DNA of 64,000 nt from Dimorphilus gyrociliatus (taxonomy: Eukaryota; Animalia; Annelida): the NCBI GenBank assembly GCA_904063045.1, contig CAJFCJ010000006.1, forward strand, positions 744,001 to 808,000, given 5' to 3'. The position numbers and the translations under genes are program-made. The notes beneath the pieces were generated by a model that saw only the letters and a list, made by a program, of their open reading frames with translations, did no database searches and was not told where the DNA came from. Shown piece after piece: positions 38,894 to 53,340 of the stretch (its first letter is position 1; each line of letters opens with the position of its first letter).

Positions 38894-39502
38894 TTATCTA
38901 GAATTTTGCTTTTTTTTGGGAATATGACTAATCTTAATTAACTGACTGATTCTTCTAAATTTTATTAGGTGTAAGTAGAATTCACACAAAGAGCTAAATT
39001 TAGAATGTTGTTTCATAACATGTCACGATTTTTTTTTCATTATTTAAGCCTCTTTGTCAGATTTCAAAAGAATTTTCTATTGATCTCCCTATAGTATAGG
39101 ACAAAAGGAGAAATTACTCTATTTATTGTTGAGATAACTGACTTCTTCTTACATTCTGGAAATGCATAGCAAATGATAAAAACATTGATGATCAATTCAT
39201 ATTTTTCTTACACCGCCAGTTATCTCATACATGCAATGAATATTCAACACCTCGATTTTAAAGTGCCTCGCAGAAATTCGGTTCTAGCCGAATATCTAAA
39301 TCTCTTTCAGCTAGTAATGACCGCCTAATAATAGAAAAATTTTCTTCTAGTTAGATACTTTGTTTTTTCACTTTGCTTTTTCACCTTTATAATCAATGAC
39401 TTACAAACTGAAATAGGTATAATGTTCAATAAAGTTACAATTTGCCTTTATCATTTCGCTGAGTTCCTTTATTTCCCAAGATAAACAAATCTGACTTTCA
39501 TC

Positions 39503-42500
39503 ATGTCTCTACGTTTCAATGATCAACACATGCAAAATTATGCAAAAACTGATTCAAACGTGGATATGGAAGGCATATTATATATAGCCGAAAAAAAATG
39601 GATTGGTAAAGGAGAAAGTAAGTGCAAGATATTAATAAACCCAAACGCCTTTTCAACACTTGTTTTTTCAGACAAAGTCAAAAGATATTTTAAATTAAAA
39701 GGAAATTTACTGTTCTACTTTAAGAATGAAAATCCTGTAAGGGCTTATAGCTTTATTGTTATTACTAAATTGAAGCTTAATCAAATAAATAGCAGTTAAC
39801 TTTGAAACAGGGCAAATCATATAACAGAGAATTTATCAATATTCTATTACTTTAATTGATGACATTTATTGCTAATAATGCGCTCAAAATTTCAGGACAG
39901 TGAACCTCTAGGTCTCTTTGTTTTGGAAAATTATTATATAGAATTAGACAATGATGAAGCTAGTGAATATTACGCATTCGTAATAAGTGAGTTTTAATTA
40001 ATAATATTGCATGTTTTTTACCGTTTACGTATTGTTTACTAGAATTTTCATACGGAAGCATGCTTGAAACTGTTAAGCTATTTACTAGAATTTCAAAAGA
40101 GAGAGATGAATGGATGAATCGCCTATTGCAAGCCGGTTGTGAATACTTATCACTCCAGATTGAGGACGCTGAGAGTCGTCTGGAACAGTTCAACCCAAGT
40201 ACATTTTTTATCAATTATTATTGAAATAAGCTTATTTAGTCAAAATTTTAACAGATATGGAAAGTTCACTACCGGGTTCAAAAATTTATAATCTCAGAGT
40301 AAAATGTGAAAATTTACCTCACAAGTTTTCCGAGTTCCCGTCCACTTACCTCACTATAATGGCTTTAGACGGATGCTGGAAATTTGTAGGCAGAACTGAA
40401 ACCGTTGAAAAAAGCATTAGTCCTGTTTACAGGAAACCAATAGCCATTCCAGAAATCCCCTTTGAAAATATGTTGAAATTCACTATTTATTCAGTTCGCG
40501 AAGAATTTCAAGAAGTTAAAGTCGAAATTAGTTTTGCTCTTTTATCTCTAGATGAAATCGATAAAGATTTTAGAGAATTCTCAATGGATTGCTCGTAAGC
40601 ATTTTCTAAATTAAGTTTCGAATACCGAATGAAAAATAAAAGCTATTACAGGCTGATAGATACCGCTTCTTTCTAATCAGAAAACAGATAAGCGTACTGT
40701 ATCTATAATTTTTAAATTTTAACTATAAAAAGTAATCCTAAATCTTCTTATATTTTTACATTTTAATCTTATTAATATTTTAGTCTTCATATTTTTTGCA
40801 TCTCTTTTTTATATCTGAAATTAATTTATAAAGATCATAATTTTCCACAAGCTAACATCATTATTTCAATTACTATTAAAAACAATTTTACAGAACTGAC
40901 TTTCATTGGGAGGATAATAAAACTAAACTATTCGTTGCCATGTCGAAAATAGGAGAAAATAATGAAGGAAAGGTTCTTATTTTTAATTAAAATTCAATAT
41001 TAAAAATAAATTATATATAGAGTTGTTTTATTTAAACCATTAATTATAGGTTGAAGCCAGCTGTGATTATTCGAATTTCCAGGTGAAATAAACAGAATGC
41101 AGTAGTTTTTAATCGCTCTCCACAATATTCTTAAAGTTTTTAGCTGCATGTCTTAAAATACATATCATTCTCTTTCAAAATTACGTGCACGTTTTCTATC
41201 AAGTTTTTTGCTTTAAACTTAGTCAGTCGAATTTTCAGATATCAAATGAAGTTATCTATGCTAACCCAATTTGCGAAACATTTGACTTTGAATCAGTTAC
41301 TGCAACTGACTTTATGTATGAAAGTCGATTAACGTTCAATCTACCGGCTCTATATTTGTAAGTAACAAAATGTGGCTGATTGATATGTGCATGCCATATG
41401 TAGAAAAATAAAATTTTAAACCAATAAGCTGACCGAGAAGCCTTCTGCTTGCATAATATATTATTTTGTCTCCTATAAAATACCTCTTTAAGAGATACAT
41501 ATTGTATGGTTATTCTTTAGAAAAAGGTTAATAAGCAAAGAAAACGGATGTCTAGAATATTTGAAACGTATAGATAAGGTGGTTTCGTTTGTATTAGACT
41601 GTATAATGTCATCAGTCTCCTGTTATGAACAGGAAGTTACCAAATACGAAAAAGGTAAAGACTTTTAATTGAGCGATTTTTTTCATCAAATAAACCAGAC
41701 GCGTTTGTCTCTGTTTAGAAAAGTCATTTTTTAAAAAAAGTACTGCCAAAGCCGATTCAAATAAAGCATTTGCTCCAGTCAATTTACACCTGGAACGTTT
41801 GATGGTCAGGGAAAATAATCATACCGAATTTTATGATATTTGGACCACTGGTGCCTTCACAGCATATTCAATTGGTTATGAAAATGGAGGATTACTGAGA
41901 TTGATAGAAAATTTCAAAAAAACTTCAGAGGGACAGGAACTTTTTAAAGTAAGGATTTCTTGTTTCTACAATTCATTTAATGAAAAATCACTGCTCTCTT
42001 GTAACAGATTCATAAGAGATATTTGCTTTCAAAGAAACCTATAAATTCCCAAATATCCACAACCAATTCAAACGATGCATTTACCCCTAGTGTGTATGAA
42101 CTCTTAACAAATACCGTTGAACAATTAAATAGAATAAGAAGACGTCGCGATATTGTATTCAGCCAGGCACTTACCGCAGCTGTATCGGCAATTTATTCTT
42201 GTCTTGTGCTGAATCCTAATCGTAAGGAAATTATCAAAGAAACCGGATTCATATTATACTTTGAAAGTTTTCTGACCTGCTTTGGAGAAGAGAAGAGCAT
42301 GTTAGAGGACTTTATTCCCGCTCTAGAAGATTTAGAAAGATGTCATATTGTAATTGAGAAAGGTCAAAAGATTCACTACGATATAGAAATTAATGACGAT
42401 TTTGGCGGAAATTTATTAATTTTAAATAGTTTAGGAAGGTTTAGTATTGTAAAATGATTGGTCAAAACTAAGTAATGCTTGTGTTTATTGATTTATTCAT

Positions 42501-43150
42501 AGGGTCGGTGTTGTTATAAGATTCTATTTGGCGGGAGACTTATGGGAAAATTGGAAAGAATTAAGCGATAAACTCATTCCTTTGACTGTAATTTTCTTTA
42601 CACTTGGTATAAACGAGAAAGCTAAAATGTAACTCCGTATATATTATTTGAAAATATTTATAATATAGTAATTTTTTGCAGTGCAACTAACACGCAACTG
42701 CAAAGAGACTGCAATGAAATTACCAGGAAGAAATTAGACACATTTTACAACACATATAAGGGAATTTTTCCCGAAAAGCTATATGATCTTTTACGACATT
42801 TGCATTATTGTATGGTTAGTGAAGATGAGTCGAAATTGATTAAAATGTTCTATTATGGCAGCCAAATTACACGATTATTGAAAGGTTTACACTTTGTATC
42901 GTGCAAAAGTGGTAAGGATAGAACATCAATGAGAGTAACGCTGATACAGGCAGAAATTTTAAAGGAGATACATTCCGTTAGCGATGATTTTCAATCTATA
43001 TTGAATTGTTTAAGAGAACGAGGATGCCGGAGGAACAATACCGAAAAAAATACTGGAGTAGCTAAATATGCTTTTAATCTGATTCAGGTTCATTTTCTAC
43101 CTGATCTCTATCAGCCTCCAAGAGGAACTTATAAGAGTCTTGAAACGTGA
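39503..43150 (+). CDS. INPP4: Type I inositol-3,4-bisphosphate 4-phosphatase with N-terminal PH and C2 domains
   Basis: MSLRFN start; PH-like KRYFKLKGNLLFYFK...ERDEWM; C2 exon; FKKS..K.D...APVNLH; RRDIVFSQALT; catalytic CX5R motif CKSGKDR; C-terminal GCRRNNTEKNTG..KYAFN...LYQPPRGTYKSLET*. Confidence 0.92.
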
Positions 43151-43903
43151 AAAGCCTAATTTTACCAAATATTAATGATACAACATCAAAATTTAAATTA
43201 TTTAGCCTGTTTTCTAAGTTATAGTCATTATCAGGATTATTGGTTCGACACTGTCTGAAGGAACTTGTGCTCAAAATAGTTGACATCAAACCATGTATAA
43301 CGCTTATAAGTGGTTGAATACAATTTCATTACAAACAAGTAAATCTATGTATCATTAATGATCTGTTCGATTGATTCGTATAAACATTGCTATAATATAA
43401 TGGCATATAAGGTATTGTTAAATAAATAAATATCTTACTTTCGATATTAGTCACTGCACTTTTTGAGAAAGCTTACGATCAATTTTTAATTAGTCACGTC
43501 GAAAAATTTTTATGAAAAATCACTTTTAAACTACTTATTTGTCAACAGAAGCTATCAATTATCTTATATTTTAATAAACAAATGGTTAATAGATCAGGCT
43601 AAGGTGATTATAAAACTAAAATACATGGTAAAACTAGTTTACTTAAACAGGTAGTTTTAAAACCACAAAGTTGGGGGTTTTTCCAATTTTGTACTTTTAT
43701 TTTCATTTTGCATTCAACGTATTTCTTTGTTCACACACTAGCTTGAACAGCGCTGTGCATTGGAAACTCTCTGAAAAACTATCTAAATCGAGCTACAACG
43801 GAATATTTTATTTAAAATATCAACTTTTTATTCTGATTGCTAGATTGTGAAGGTTTAATTAACGTGTATCATTACTGATAGCTGCTATTTGTGTAATTGC
43901 AGT

Positions 43904-45080
43904 ATGAACGCAGAGTTTTTCACCTTACAAGTAAATAAATTCGTTCAAAAAGGCCATTACTGATGGGCTTTCCTTTTCTAGATAGAGGAGCAAAATCTGG
44001 ACACTGAAATGATTTGTTCTGACATCCAACAATGGGAAACTGAAGGAAATATTTCGGATGCAGAGATTCTTCGCTCTAAAATACTGTCATTTGTGGAAAC
44101 TGAAGAGAGTGCGAGAGAAAGTTCTAAAGAGATTCTAGTTAAAGAGTACAGGAAGATAATTCCACCGATGCTAATTTATTGCTTCTTCGAAGATAAGTCA
44201 AAAAATAAAAAAGGTAAACATATCATTATAAAATATTTGACATATCGTCACATTTTCATCTTATTTTATTGCAAAATTTTAAAGCAAGAGGACTGTGGAC
44301 ACAAAGACCACAAGGGTGGCCATCGAACGTTCCGTTTGATGATCCCAACAACGGACATGAAAAGAACGAATCAAAGAAAGCAGAAAAGCCGAAAAAAGAC
44401 ACACTTATACAAATGTACAACTTCCTTAAACAGAAGTTTAAGGTTGTCTTTTATTTGTTCTAGATATATATTTACTGTTTTCTCTCTTAGGATAAAGAAA
44501 GCGGGCAATATCAAGATAATGTAACTTTTCAGGAACAAACTTATCAAGAACAAACTTATCAATTGGTTTCCCAAAAGGAAGTAAGTAAAATGTAGACTTT
44601 ATTGGAATATCCAATAAGTTAACATAAAAATATTTTAGATAAACCCAGTAAATATTTTATGGGATAGTTCAGAGAGATTAGATAAAAAATTAACTACCAT
44701 CAAAGGTAAACTTTGTTCCTCAAAGTTTCAATCATTTTTGAGATATAAAATTTATTTTTGTAGACACTATGTCGGACACTGTTTATGAGACCTTAGAAAA
44801 GTGTATAAAACTGTTTGCATTTTGCCATAAGCATATGAATAAAGCCTCTGTGATGAAGTTAGCTAGTGACTTGGAGTATGAAATCGATTGTTACTACCAC
44901 AGTAAACAAGACTCTGAAATAAACATTGAGCGATGGAGCAATATAACGAACAATGTATTAGTAGAAAGTTCATTCGCTCAGCAACAGAATTCTCCAGATT
45001 CTTCTTATCAAAGTAAAATATACTCTAAATATTCTAACACAAAATTAAACAATATAAACAATCTTAGACGGTGTGCATGA
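43904..45080 (+). CDS. Orphan ~296-aa protein with an NRF1/EWG-like DNA-binding-domain motif, 6 exons
   Basis: Exons 43904-43930, 43982-44213, 44285-44442, 44491-44580, 44639-44705 and 44764-45080 all join with GT-AG in consistent phase. Motif YRKIIPPMLIY...WTQRPQGWPSNVPFDDPNN. Confidence 0.7.
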
Positions 45081-45862
45081 AACTCTTCCCCCTCAGCAAT
45101 TGGTAAATTATCAAGAAATTCCAAATCATGCTTCATATTTCTAGTTAAATTGTAAGTATTTATAATTTAAATGATATTATAAAAATACACATTTTTATCA
45201 ACAGGAGATTTTTCCCTTGCCCATTCAGACCAACTTCAAATTTTTGCTTAATTTTGGAGAGTGAGAAAACTAATTAAAGCAAAATTTTCAATTTACCATT
45301 TTACTTGAATATTTTGACATATCAATTATGTAAACATTATATTGAATACACAACGAAAGATCCTAGCAACAGAGGTGATTACGTAATCAATTTGATTTTC
45401 TATTAAACCTAAAAAAATTATTAAAACATATTTCTTCAAATTCTTTTTTAAATTGTCACTGTAGAGGTAATTTGCGTCTACTTTATTACTGAACAAGCAT
45501 AAATAGCACGTCTAATAAAGATAGTTTTTAGCAATATACAATATACTTTATTAGATAGTCATTAGCTTTTATATTTGTTTATAAACTGAAAAAATGAAAA
45601 TATAATGATTTTCTTTTTCCTCAATTTTATTTCAAAAATGATAAACTTTTGCGATTTGTGTGAAAAGTAAATCACACAAGTATGAAAAAAAATAATATGG
45701 CTAAATTAATCAATTAAGATATCTTTTCTAGAAATTGATTTATTAAATAGATTACTCATCAAGATTAATAGGTGTGGAATGATTGAAATTTTTTTAAATT
45801 AAGAAAATTAAATACCACAGCCAAATGGCAATTGCATGCTCGAATGTCGACAGCTATGACGT

Positions 45863-48800
45863 CTATTCCAGCATTTCTACATCTGAATCATCATGGAAAG
45901 GTTTTATTGCCGATGAATCATTAATTTTAGCCGTATCCGTCGAGTTATGAGTAGTATTTTCGAATTTATTCAGCTCCTACAATTCGAGTAAAACAAATTC
46001 ATATTAAATATTTTCAATTATGTATCGAACACACTTACATCTTCATTATCCGACCAAATTGAAACTCTTTTACTCTCCTCTGTCAAAATGGAGTATTGTA
46101 CACCGGTGTCTGCTTTCTTCGTATAATATCTCCTCCATAAGAAAATCAGAATAGCACACACCAAAAACAAAACAAAAATAACACAGAAAGCAATTTTTCC
46201 AGCAGATACAGATTTATGTTTAGAATAGATCATACGATTTTCCTTCCTACAAACTTTTGTCATATCGATCTCTCGCGATATTGGCCTAAACCCACCCTTA
46301 CATTTATCACCTGGAATTAAGCGGTACCCCTCGCTGACGATTTTTTCTAAATGCCCCCTTTCGCAAATGAAGAGATCTTCGCCTTTGAAGTCCGGAGATA
46401 TTTTACATTCATCGATTCCATTTCTCACGTAACCGTAGTCACTAAATTAAAATAATTTTGAATAGTAAATCTATGTGGTAAACTTTTGAAATATACCATT
46501 CATAATCTGACTTGTCACACTTGCAAACACTAGAGTCTTTAACTTCAACTGAATAATCATAACCATTTCTACAAATGCTATCTTTCTTCAATTTTTTTAA
46601 TACTTTTTTTAATCCTAGATAACAGCCGTTTAGCTTGTTTCCTTTGTGTGGATGAAACTCTTCATAATCCGTCTGTTTGCCTAATTTAGAAAAATAAGAT
46701 AAACAGTTAACTGAACTACAGCCTTAAAAAAAACTCACATTGTTCCTTTATAACTGCCTCAAAGTCAACAACAATAATATTCCATTCATGCGTATCTTCA
46801 GTATAGCCCCAAATGCTCACAGTCATAACCCTAATTTATTAAAGTTAATTTATTGCTATTTTGTGACTGAAAAAAGACATACTTATTCCCAGGTTCAGTT
46901 AAAAGGCCAGTAACAATTATCTCTTTGGTTGTGAATTTATAATCTATCCAACAATTACCTTCGTCCGTGGAAAATTTTAAAGTCTAGCATCATGCAAGAA
47001 AAACAGTATCAGGTTTCGTTCATTTAGATTTAATTTAAAAGGAAGTAACCTTGCTGACCCCATCTTTGGGAATAGCTACTAACAGTCCCCCATGATCACC
47101 TATTTGCACTATATGAGGTCCTTTTAGAGCCTGTTTGAAATGTTTCAACAATCGTTTTATTTCAGAATAAACGTTTGACTACTTACCAAAAAAAAAGAAT
47201 ATCCTCCATCATTAGAAATATATACGTCAGTATCTCTCCTTTGCAGGGAATCACCAACATGCCCATGGACAATAATTAGTCCTGGAGCATTTGCTACGCT
47301 AACAGGTCTGGAGCCTTTAACTCCTTGAGATGCACTATATGAATTATAGATTTGTAGAGAACAAACTTCCATTGAGCATTCTGCATTTTTTGGTACAGGA
47401 ACGCTTTTCCATTCCGCTCCTCGATCATAACTGATCAATGTAATGATAGTTGTACTTTCCAAAATCTTCGAAGTTATGTAGACACCATCCATTGATAATA
47501 CTTTATAAAAGTCTGTTAGATCGCCAGTGCGTGTGTTGGGGTATAAATGACGAAGAAGAGATTCGGAGTACACGAGACCCCGGGCGCCTGATGTGTAGAG
47601 TGTCCCGTGTCCTGTATCTCCTGGATTGTCGACATGAAGAAAAATTAAATCCTCACTCATATCCAAAACGGAGAAGAACTGAAAAACTTAAACTTAAAAG
47701 AGCTTTCATTAATTGGGCTTTGATAATTTTACTCTATCGCTGGTCAGGTGTGGAACTTGAGCTTCAATCCAGGTCTTAGCTTCGTCAATTGATACCATAA
47801 GCATGCGAACCTTTTATTGAATTTCATTGTTAAATTTCAAATGATGCATAAAAACTAAAATACCTCTTTCTTTGGAAGTTGGACAGATGCATACAAAAAT
47901 TTTTGTTTATTTCCAAAACTATGTACATTGTCCAAGACCACTTGAGTTTTGTTGTTTCTGACATTAATTTTTAACAATTTATGAAGTGGATTATCTGCAT
48001 TATTGAGCAAATTGGAAAAGTAATTTAAAAATTTATTACTAACGGAAATCATCTTTGACAGTTGCATAAATTATATCTTCATCAATATCACTCCAGGAGA
48101 ATTCTACCACATAATATCTCAATAATCTCCAGCTAAATGCTCCATCTTTACTGATATATAAAGGCTAAAAATTTTATCTTTAAACAACGATTTACGTCTA
48201 ATATATACAAAAAAGCTTACTCTGTCAATTCGGCGGTCATTTAACGTAAGAATTAATTGTTGTTTTATGGGATGAAAAACAAACACACTCGATATATCGA
48301 AATCAGCTACAGTTTTTTTCCAAGTTTTTCCACTATCATGACTTATGTAGATTATGCTTTTATATTCTATACTCTCAATAATATACAGCTGTTGAAGAAT
48401 ACTTTATCAAAAAACATTCAGTTAAATGGACTAATTATGTAATAACCTTTGTTGTATCTAGTGCATGCTTTTGCAGACCATTACCAGGTCGTATTAAGAG
48501 TTCTGCTTTATCTTTGGCAACAGCCTTATTAATTTTTGTGAAGCTTCTTCCATGATCAATACTGTAGATTTTTTTAAATAATCAGATGGGCCACATGTAA
48601 AAAAGACTTACAACCTTCTGTATACAGTCGATGGTTTTAAATAGTTGATTGAATTTGTTGTAACCGCTATTAGAACCTGTAATCGATACAATTTTACTTG
48701 TTCTTATTATTTTTAATTTATCTGGAGGGATACAATATTTATCAACTTAAAACAATGAAAGACAAACAACATTCAAGATATTTACCCTTTAATCATATAT

Positions 48801-49336
48801 TAAATGAAAGTAAACATGATATTATATTTCAATATTTATAAATGTTAATAAAAAATACTTGCCCCTGTGTTTTGTCCAGACCATGTCAACCAAAGTTTAC
48901 TTTGATTGTTTTTAGGTTCTAACAGTTTCTGAAAATTAAAGTTAAAAGGTAAGCAATTGAAGTAGTAATTCATAAAAAAAAAGAAAAAAAAACATACCTC
49001 TGTGAGAAATTTCTCTTTAATACCGTTTGCTTGAAGTCTACCCTCTATTTCTACTTTTCTACTTGAACATATACTATCAGAGTTATCATTGAGACTTCTT
49101 CGCCATCTCTTTCTTTTAAATGCCTCTCCGGTGATATCTTTTACACCTTTGAGATGGTGAATCCCTTCCAAACTCCCTTTAAAAGATAGCTGAGATTGTA
49201 TGTTTGATTGTTCATTGGCCATAAATACTACATCCCTTTCTGCTCGTAATCTAATATTTTTCGAACAGAGAGATTGTCGGACAATAGAAATCACAGTTAA
49301 ACAGAAAAGTACAAAATTTATCTTATACGACGCCAT
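45863..49336 (-). CDS. SORT1: Sortilin (VPS10-domain sorting receptor), multi-exon
   Basis: Signal peptide; furin site KRKRWRR|S; VPS10 BNR repeats ([19 protein letters not shown]); 10CC region; TM; YSIL motif. The true last exon, 45976-45863, ends [11 protein letters not shown], like human GYHDDSDEDLLE. Confidence 0.93.
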
Positions 49337-49635
49337 TCTCTATTGTTCGTATTGTTGGTCATGTGATTAAAGCTGTTGGTGTTTCCGCAATGAAAATTAC
49401 GATATTGAATGGTTTACGGACGATTATTAATAATAACCTTTTGAGAAACTTCAAAAACAAAACAATATCCTCCCAATTATACGTCAATTTCTACAGCTGC
49501 CTTATTTCGTCCCCGTTAATGGCTGAGTTTGATATTAAACTCAAGCTGTTTATTAGTCAACTTTCAAACAAGCAGCGCGAAATTCAAATCAACGTACTCT
49601 AAATGCTTACATGTGAGGTCACTAAGTCGTTCACA

Positions 49636-51079
49636 ATGGATGTTGCTAAAAAAATATTAATTCTATCCATTTTATGTATGTCAATGACATATTATTTGGA
49701 AATTGAAACACCACTAACGCAAAGTGTTTTATCCTGGAAAAAAAGGGGCCATTATTTCAAGTACAAAGAGCACTCGATATACTTTTTAAGTACAAGACCT
49801 AACCAGAAAAAAGTAAAAGAGCAAATTTATTAGAAAATTCTATTTTCAGAGCAAACAAACGATTCACCTAAAACTAAGTCATCATTAGTATTACTTCACG
49901 GATTTCCATCTTTTTCGTATGATTGGGCTAAAGTAAGCTTGCAGACATAACTATTTTTAAAAGATATATTATAAATAACTAAAAAACACTATGAATAGCT
50001 TCTTAAAAATTTGGAAAATTATGATAAATTTGAGGATATCATAACCTTTGATTTCATTGGCTATGGCCTTAGCGATAAACCTGTAAGTGTCGTTTAAAGC
50101 CTATTTTGATTTAACTACCTCAATTACTATTACCTTTTCATAGAGAAATCATCTATATTCTATTTTTGAACAAGCTAATATTACAGACGCCCTGATAAAG
50201 CATTTAAAACTAAAGAATGTACATATTTTAGCCCACGATTATGGAGACACTGTTGCACAGGAGCTACTTGCAAGGTAATGTAAATTCCAGTAAGTTTCTT
50301 TTTGGATCAATAATTCATATTCTCTAGGTGGAATAAAAATGAAGTAACAGATTGGAATCTACAAAGCGTTTGCCTATCCAATGGGGGTATTTTTCCAGAA
50401 ACTAATTTTCCTCGTCCAACACAAAAAGTCAGCTGTTCTCTCAATTAACTTGTTGATTGATTTTTTGCTATTCATTTTCTAGTTGCTAAGATTACCTTAC
50501 TTAGGTAGCTTCCTTTCAAAATTGATGTTTTATGGAGCATTCAGAAGAGGATTCAGTGAAGTATTTGGACCTAAAACACAGCCAACAGAAGAAGAGTTTC
50601 AAGACTATTGGTCAGCAATTCGACAACAAGCCGGAGAGGCTATTTCATATAGGTGAAAACAAACTTTTTGCATCATTTACGACCTCTCACTTAATTTGTC
50701 TGCTAGATTACTTCATTATATATCTGAAAGACAAGAAAATAAAGAGAGATGGACAAATGCCCTGGTCTCTTCAAAAGTTCCTTGTAAGTGTCTACAATTA
50801 TGTAACAGCTGCTTCTGAACGTTTTTAATTTAACAGTGCATGTAATATACGGCCCAGCTGATCCCGTTAATCCTCGAGGCTTTATAGAATTCTATAAGTA
50901 AGAGATTTAGTTAATTTATTTAAAAACACGACATGCTTATTTAAAATTTTTCACAAAACAGAAACACAGTGCCAAATTCAGAAGTAACCGTCCTAAGAGA
51001 TCATATTAGTCATTATCCACAGGTAGAAGATGTTGAAGCTTTCTCTGAGGCTTTCAAGAATTTTCTGAATAGTCAATAA
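49636..51079 (+). CDS. MEST: MEST/PEG1-like alpha/beta hydrolase, multi-exon
   Basis: N-terminal hydrophobic anchor then [12 protein letters not shown]; [14 protein letters not shown]; [12 protein letters not shown]; [14 protein letters not shown]; [10 protein letters not shown]; [10 protein letters not shown]; [10 protein letters not shown]. Stop TAA 51077-51079. Confidence 0.93.
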
Positions 51080-51853
51080 AATACGAAATTTTGTCACCAA
51101 TAAACAACCTTAAATTGCTATTAGATTGATAAATAAAATATCAAAATTGTTTCAAAGTGACTTTTAAAGTATCATCTTTCATATATCTAACAAATAATCT
51201 TAAAACATTTCAAAATATATAATTGTAATAAACTTTCCAAGTTAATTTTTATAGTTACAATTTACAACTGACTCAGAAAGGAAATTCAATACAATATTAA
51301 CTACAATATTGTAGTCTTTATCAATTAAAATTAGGCTGTTGCAGTTCAAAGTGTGAGTTTTTGGCCACTGAAATCAATTTTAAGGCAAGTATTCGCCAAA
51401 TAGTAATGAATACTTTAGACATAAATTTATATACGGTATATATAATAAACTGTGCGTATTATATAATAATTAAGACCAGATTTGGCTGAATTTTGCATCA
51501 ATCTGGGTTAAGCATAATACGATACTACCAATTGCTTATGAACAAGCTATTAATTGCGTTCTGTTTGAAAATAAACAATACAAATACAATTTAACGGCTA
51601 GTAAACCGTTATGACAGAAATCTGAGCATGGTGGCGCTTAAACTGGCCTGTAAAGTAAACAGTATATCTCATCTATCAGCTTTAAAATCAATAAACTCTT
51701 AAGGGCAGAAATACTGAGATGCAAATGGACTTTGAACTTTAGTTTTAGCGAAATAACCAATCAAATAACATATATGTCTTTGCTACAATCTTGATATTTA
51801 CCAAATTTCGAAGACGTTTTATTTTAATTAAATAACTTAAAATAGACAGCGTA

Positions 51854-53159
51854 ATGGCAGAAGGCAAAAGCGAAGTACTGGAAGTAGGACAGGTTTGTAA
51901 TCAATATATTTAAAATAGTATGATTATTTAAATATTTATTAATCTTTGAATCATCGGAGAGGACCTAAATTATATAATTTCAGATTATTAAACCAGCAAC
52001 GACAAAAGACATGGCAAAATATTTAGTTGAAAAATTATATGGCATTAAGACGACAAATATTACTGAATTAAATTCCTACGATGATCGTAACTATTTGATA
52101 GAAGTTGAACCAAGTCATTCAAACCCTCACCTAGGAAAATTAGATGAAAAATACTTATTAAAGGTTTTAAATTGCATGGATTCGAAGAAGAATCATTTTC
52201 TAGGAGAACATGCTTTACAAAAACATCTTAATTCAAAATTATCCGTGAAATGTCCTCAACCAGTGATGAATATTGAGGGTAAAGAAATATCTTTTGAATG
52301 CCTTGATCCTAATAAAAATGAGGTTTCAAACTTAGTGAGACTTTTTACATATGTTCCTGGAATAATATTTCATAAAGGTACTTATTCAGCTATGCAGTTT
52401 TATAAATTTGGAAAAGTACTTGCCCAAATGGAAAATGCTTTAATTGATTTTAATCACCAAACCTTAGTAGGTCATAGTACAGTATGGAATTTGAAATTTA
52501 TACCTGATTTGAAAAAGTTCACAAATGCTGTAAAGAACGACGGTTATGTAAAAATGGTAGAAGAAGTTATACAAAATTTTGAAAGCGATATCTTGCCTAA
52601 TCTAAAAAATTTTAGAGAAGGTGTTATTCATGGAGATACCAACGAACAAAACATTTTGATTAATAACTTAACAGACGATGCGGACATTGTTGGTTTGATT
52701 GATTTTGGTGATTGTTGTTTTTCATATGTCGTATTCGATTTGGCTATAACCATTATGTATTTCATGGTTGAGACCAAATCAGTGGCACCGTTGGATGTAG
52801 GTGGACATATTCTTGCAGGTTATCTTGAAGAAAATTCTCAAAGTAGTAGAAAGATAAATAAAGTTGAGTGGAACGCCTTGAAAAGTTGTGTTGCTGGGAG
52901 GTTTTGTCAGAGTTTAGTGATGGGAGCCTATACGTATGAGTTAACTAAAGATTCTTATGTCCAAGTATGAAATAATGTCATTTTTAAGGACGAACAAAAC
53001 ATATATTTTATTTGACAGGTAACTGCTTCAAAAGGATGGGATCGATTTATCGAGCTGTGGACGACTCCAGCTGAAAAAGTTCAAGAAAATTGGATTAGAA
53101 TAATTAAATCTTATAACGAAAATATTCTACAGTCTTTTGACTTTTTAAAAAGTTATTGA
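51854..53159 (+). CDS. HYKK: Hydroxylysine kinase (AGPHD1), 3 exons
   Basis: LNSYDDRNY; LKVLN; VRLFTYVPG; GVIHGDTNEQNIL; LIDFGD; GRFCQSLVMGAY; last exon VTASKGW...SY* (TGA 53157-53159). Confidence 0.92.
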
Positions 53160-53340
53160 AAGATCGAACATTTGGTTTTTAATATTGAAATAAATAAAAT
53201 AGTAGATTAAATTAAGAATATTCTTCAAAATGACATACTAGGGCCATCTACCGTTTAAAACATAATCTTGTTTACACCCGTAGCAACAGGATCTTGATTG
53301 CATTTGAATGCAAAAAAAAAGTAAACACTCTAAAGATACG

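Noticed and set aside
49357-49366. TCATGTGA M-box near SORT1 and ABCA/beta-adaptin starts as a lysosomal regulon
   Set aside because: About 2 copies are expected by chance in the window, and one further copy lies in coding sequence.
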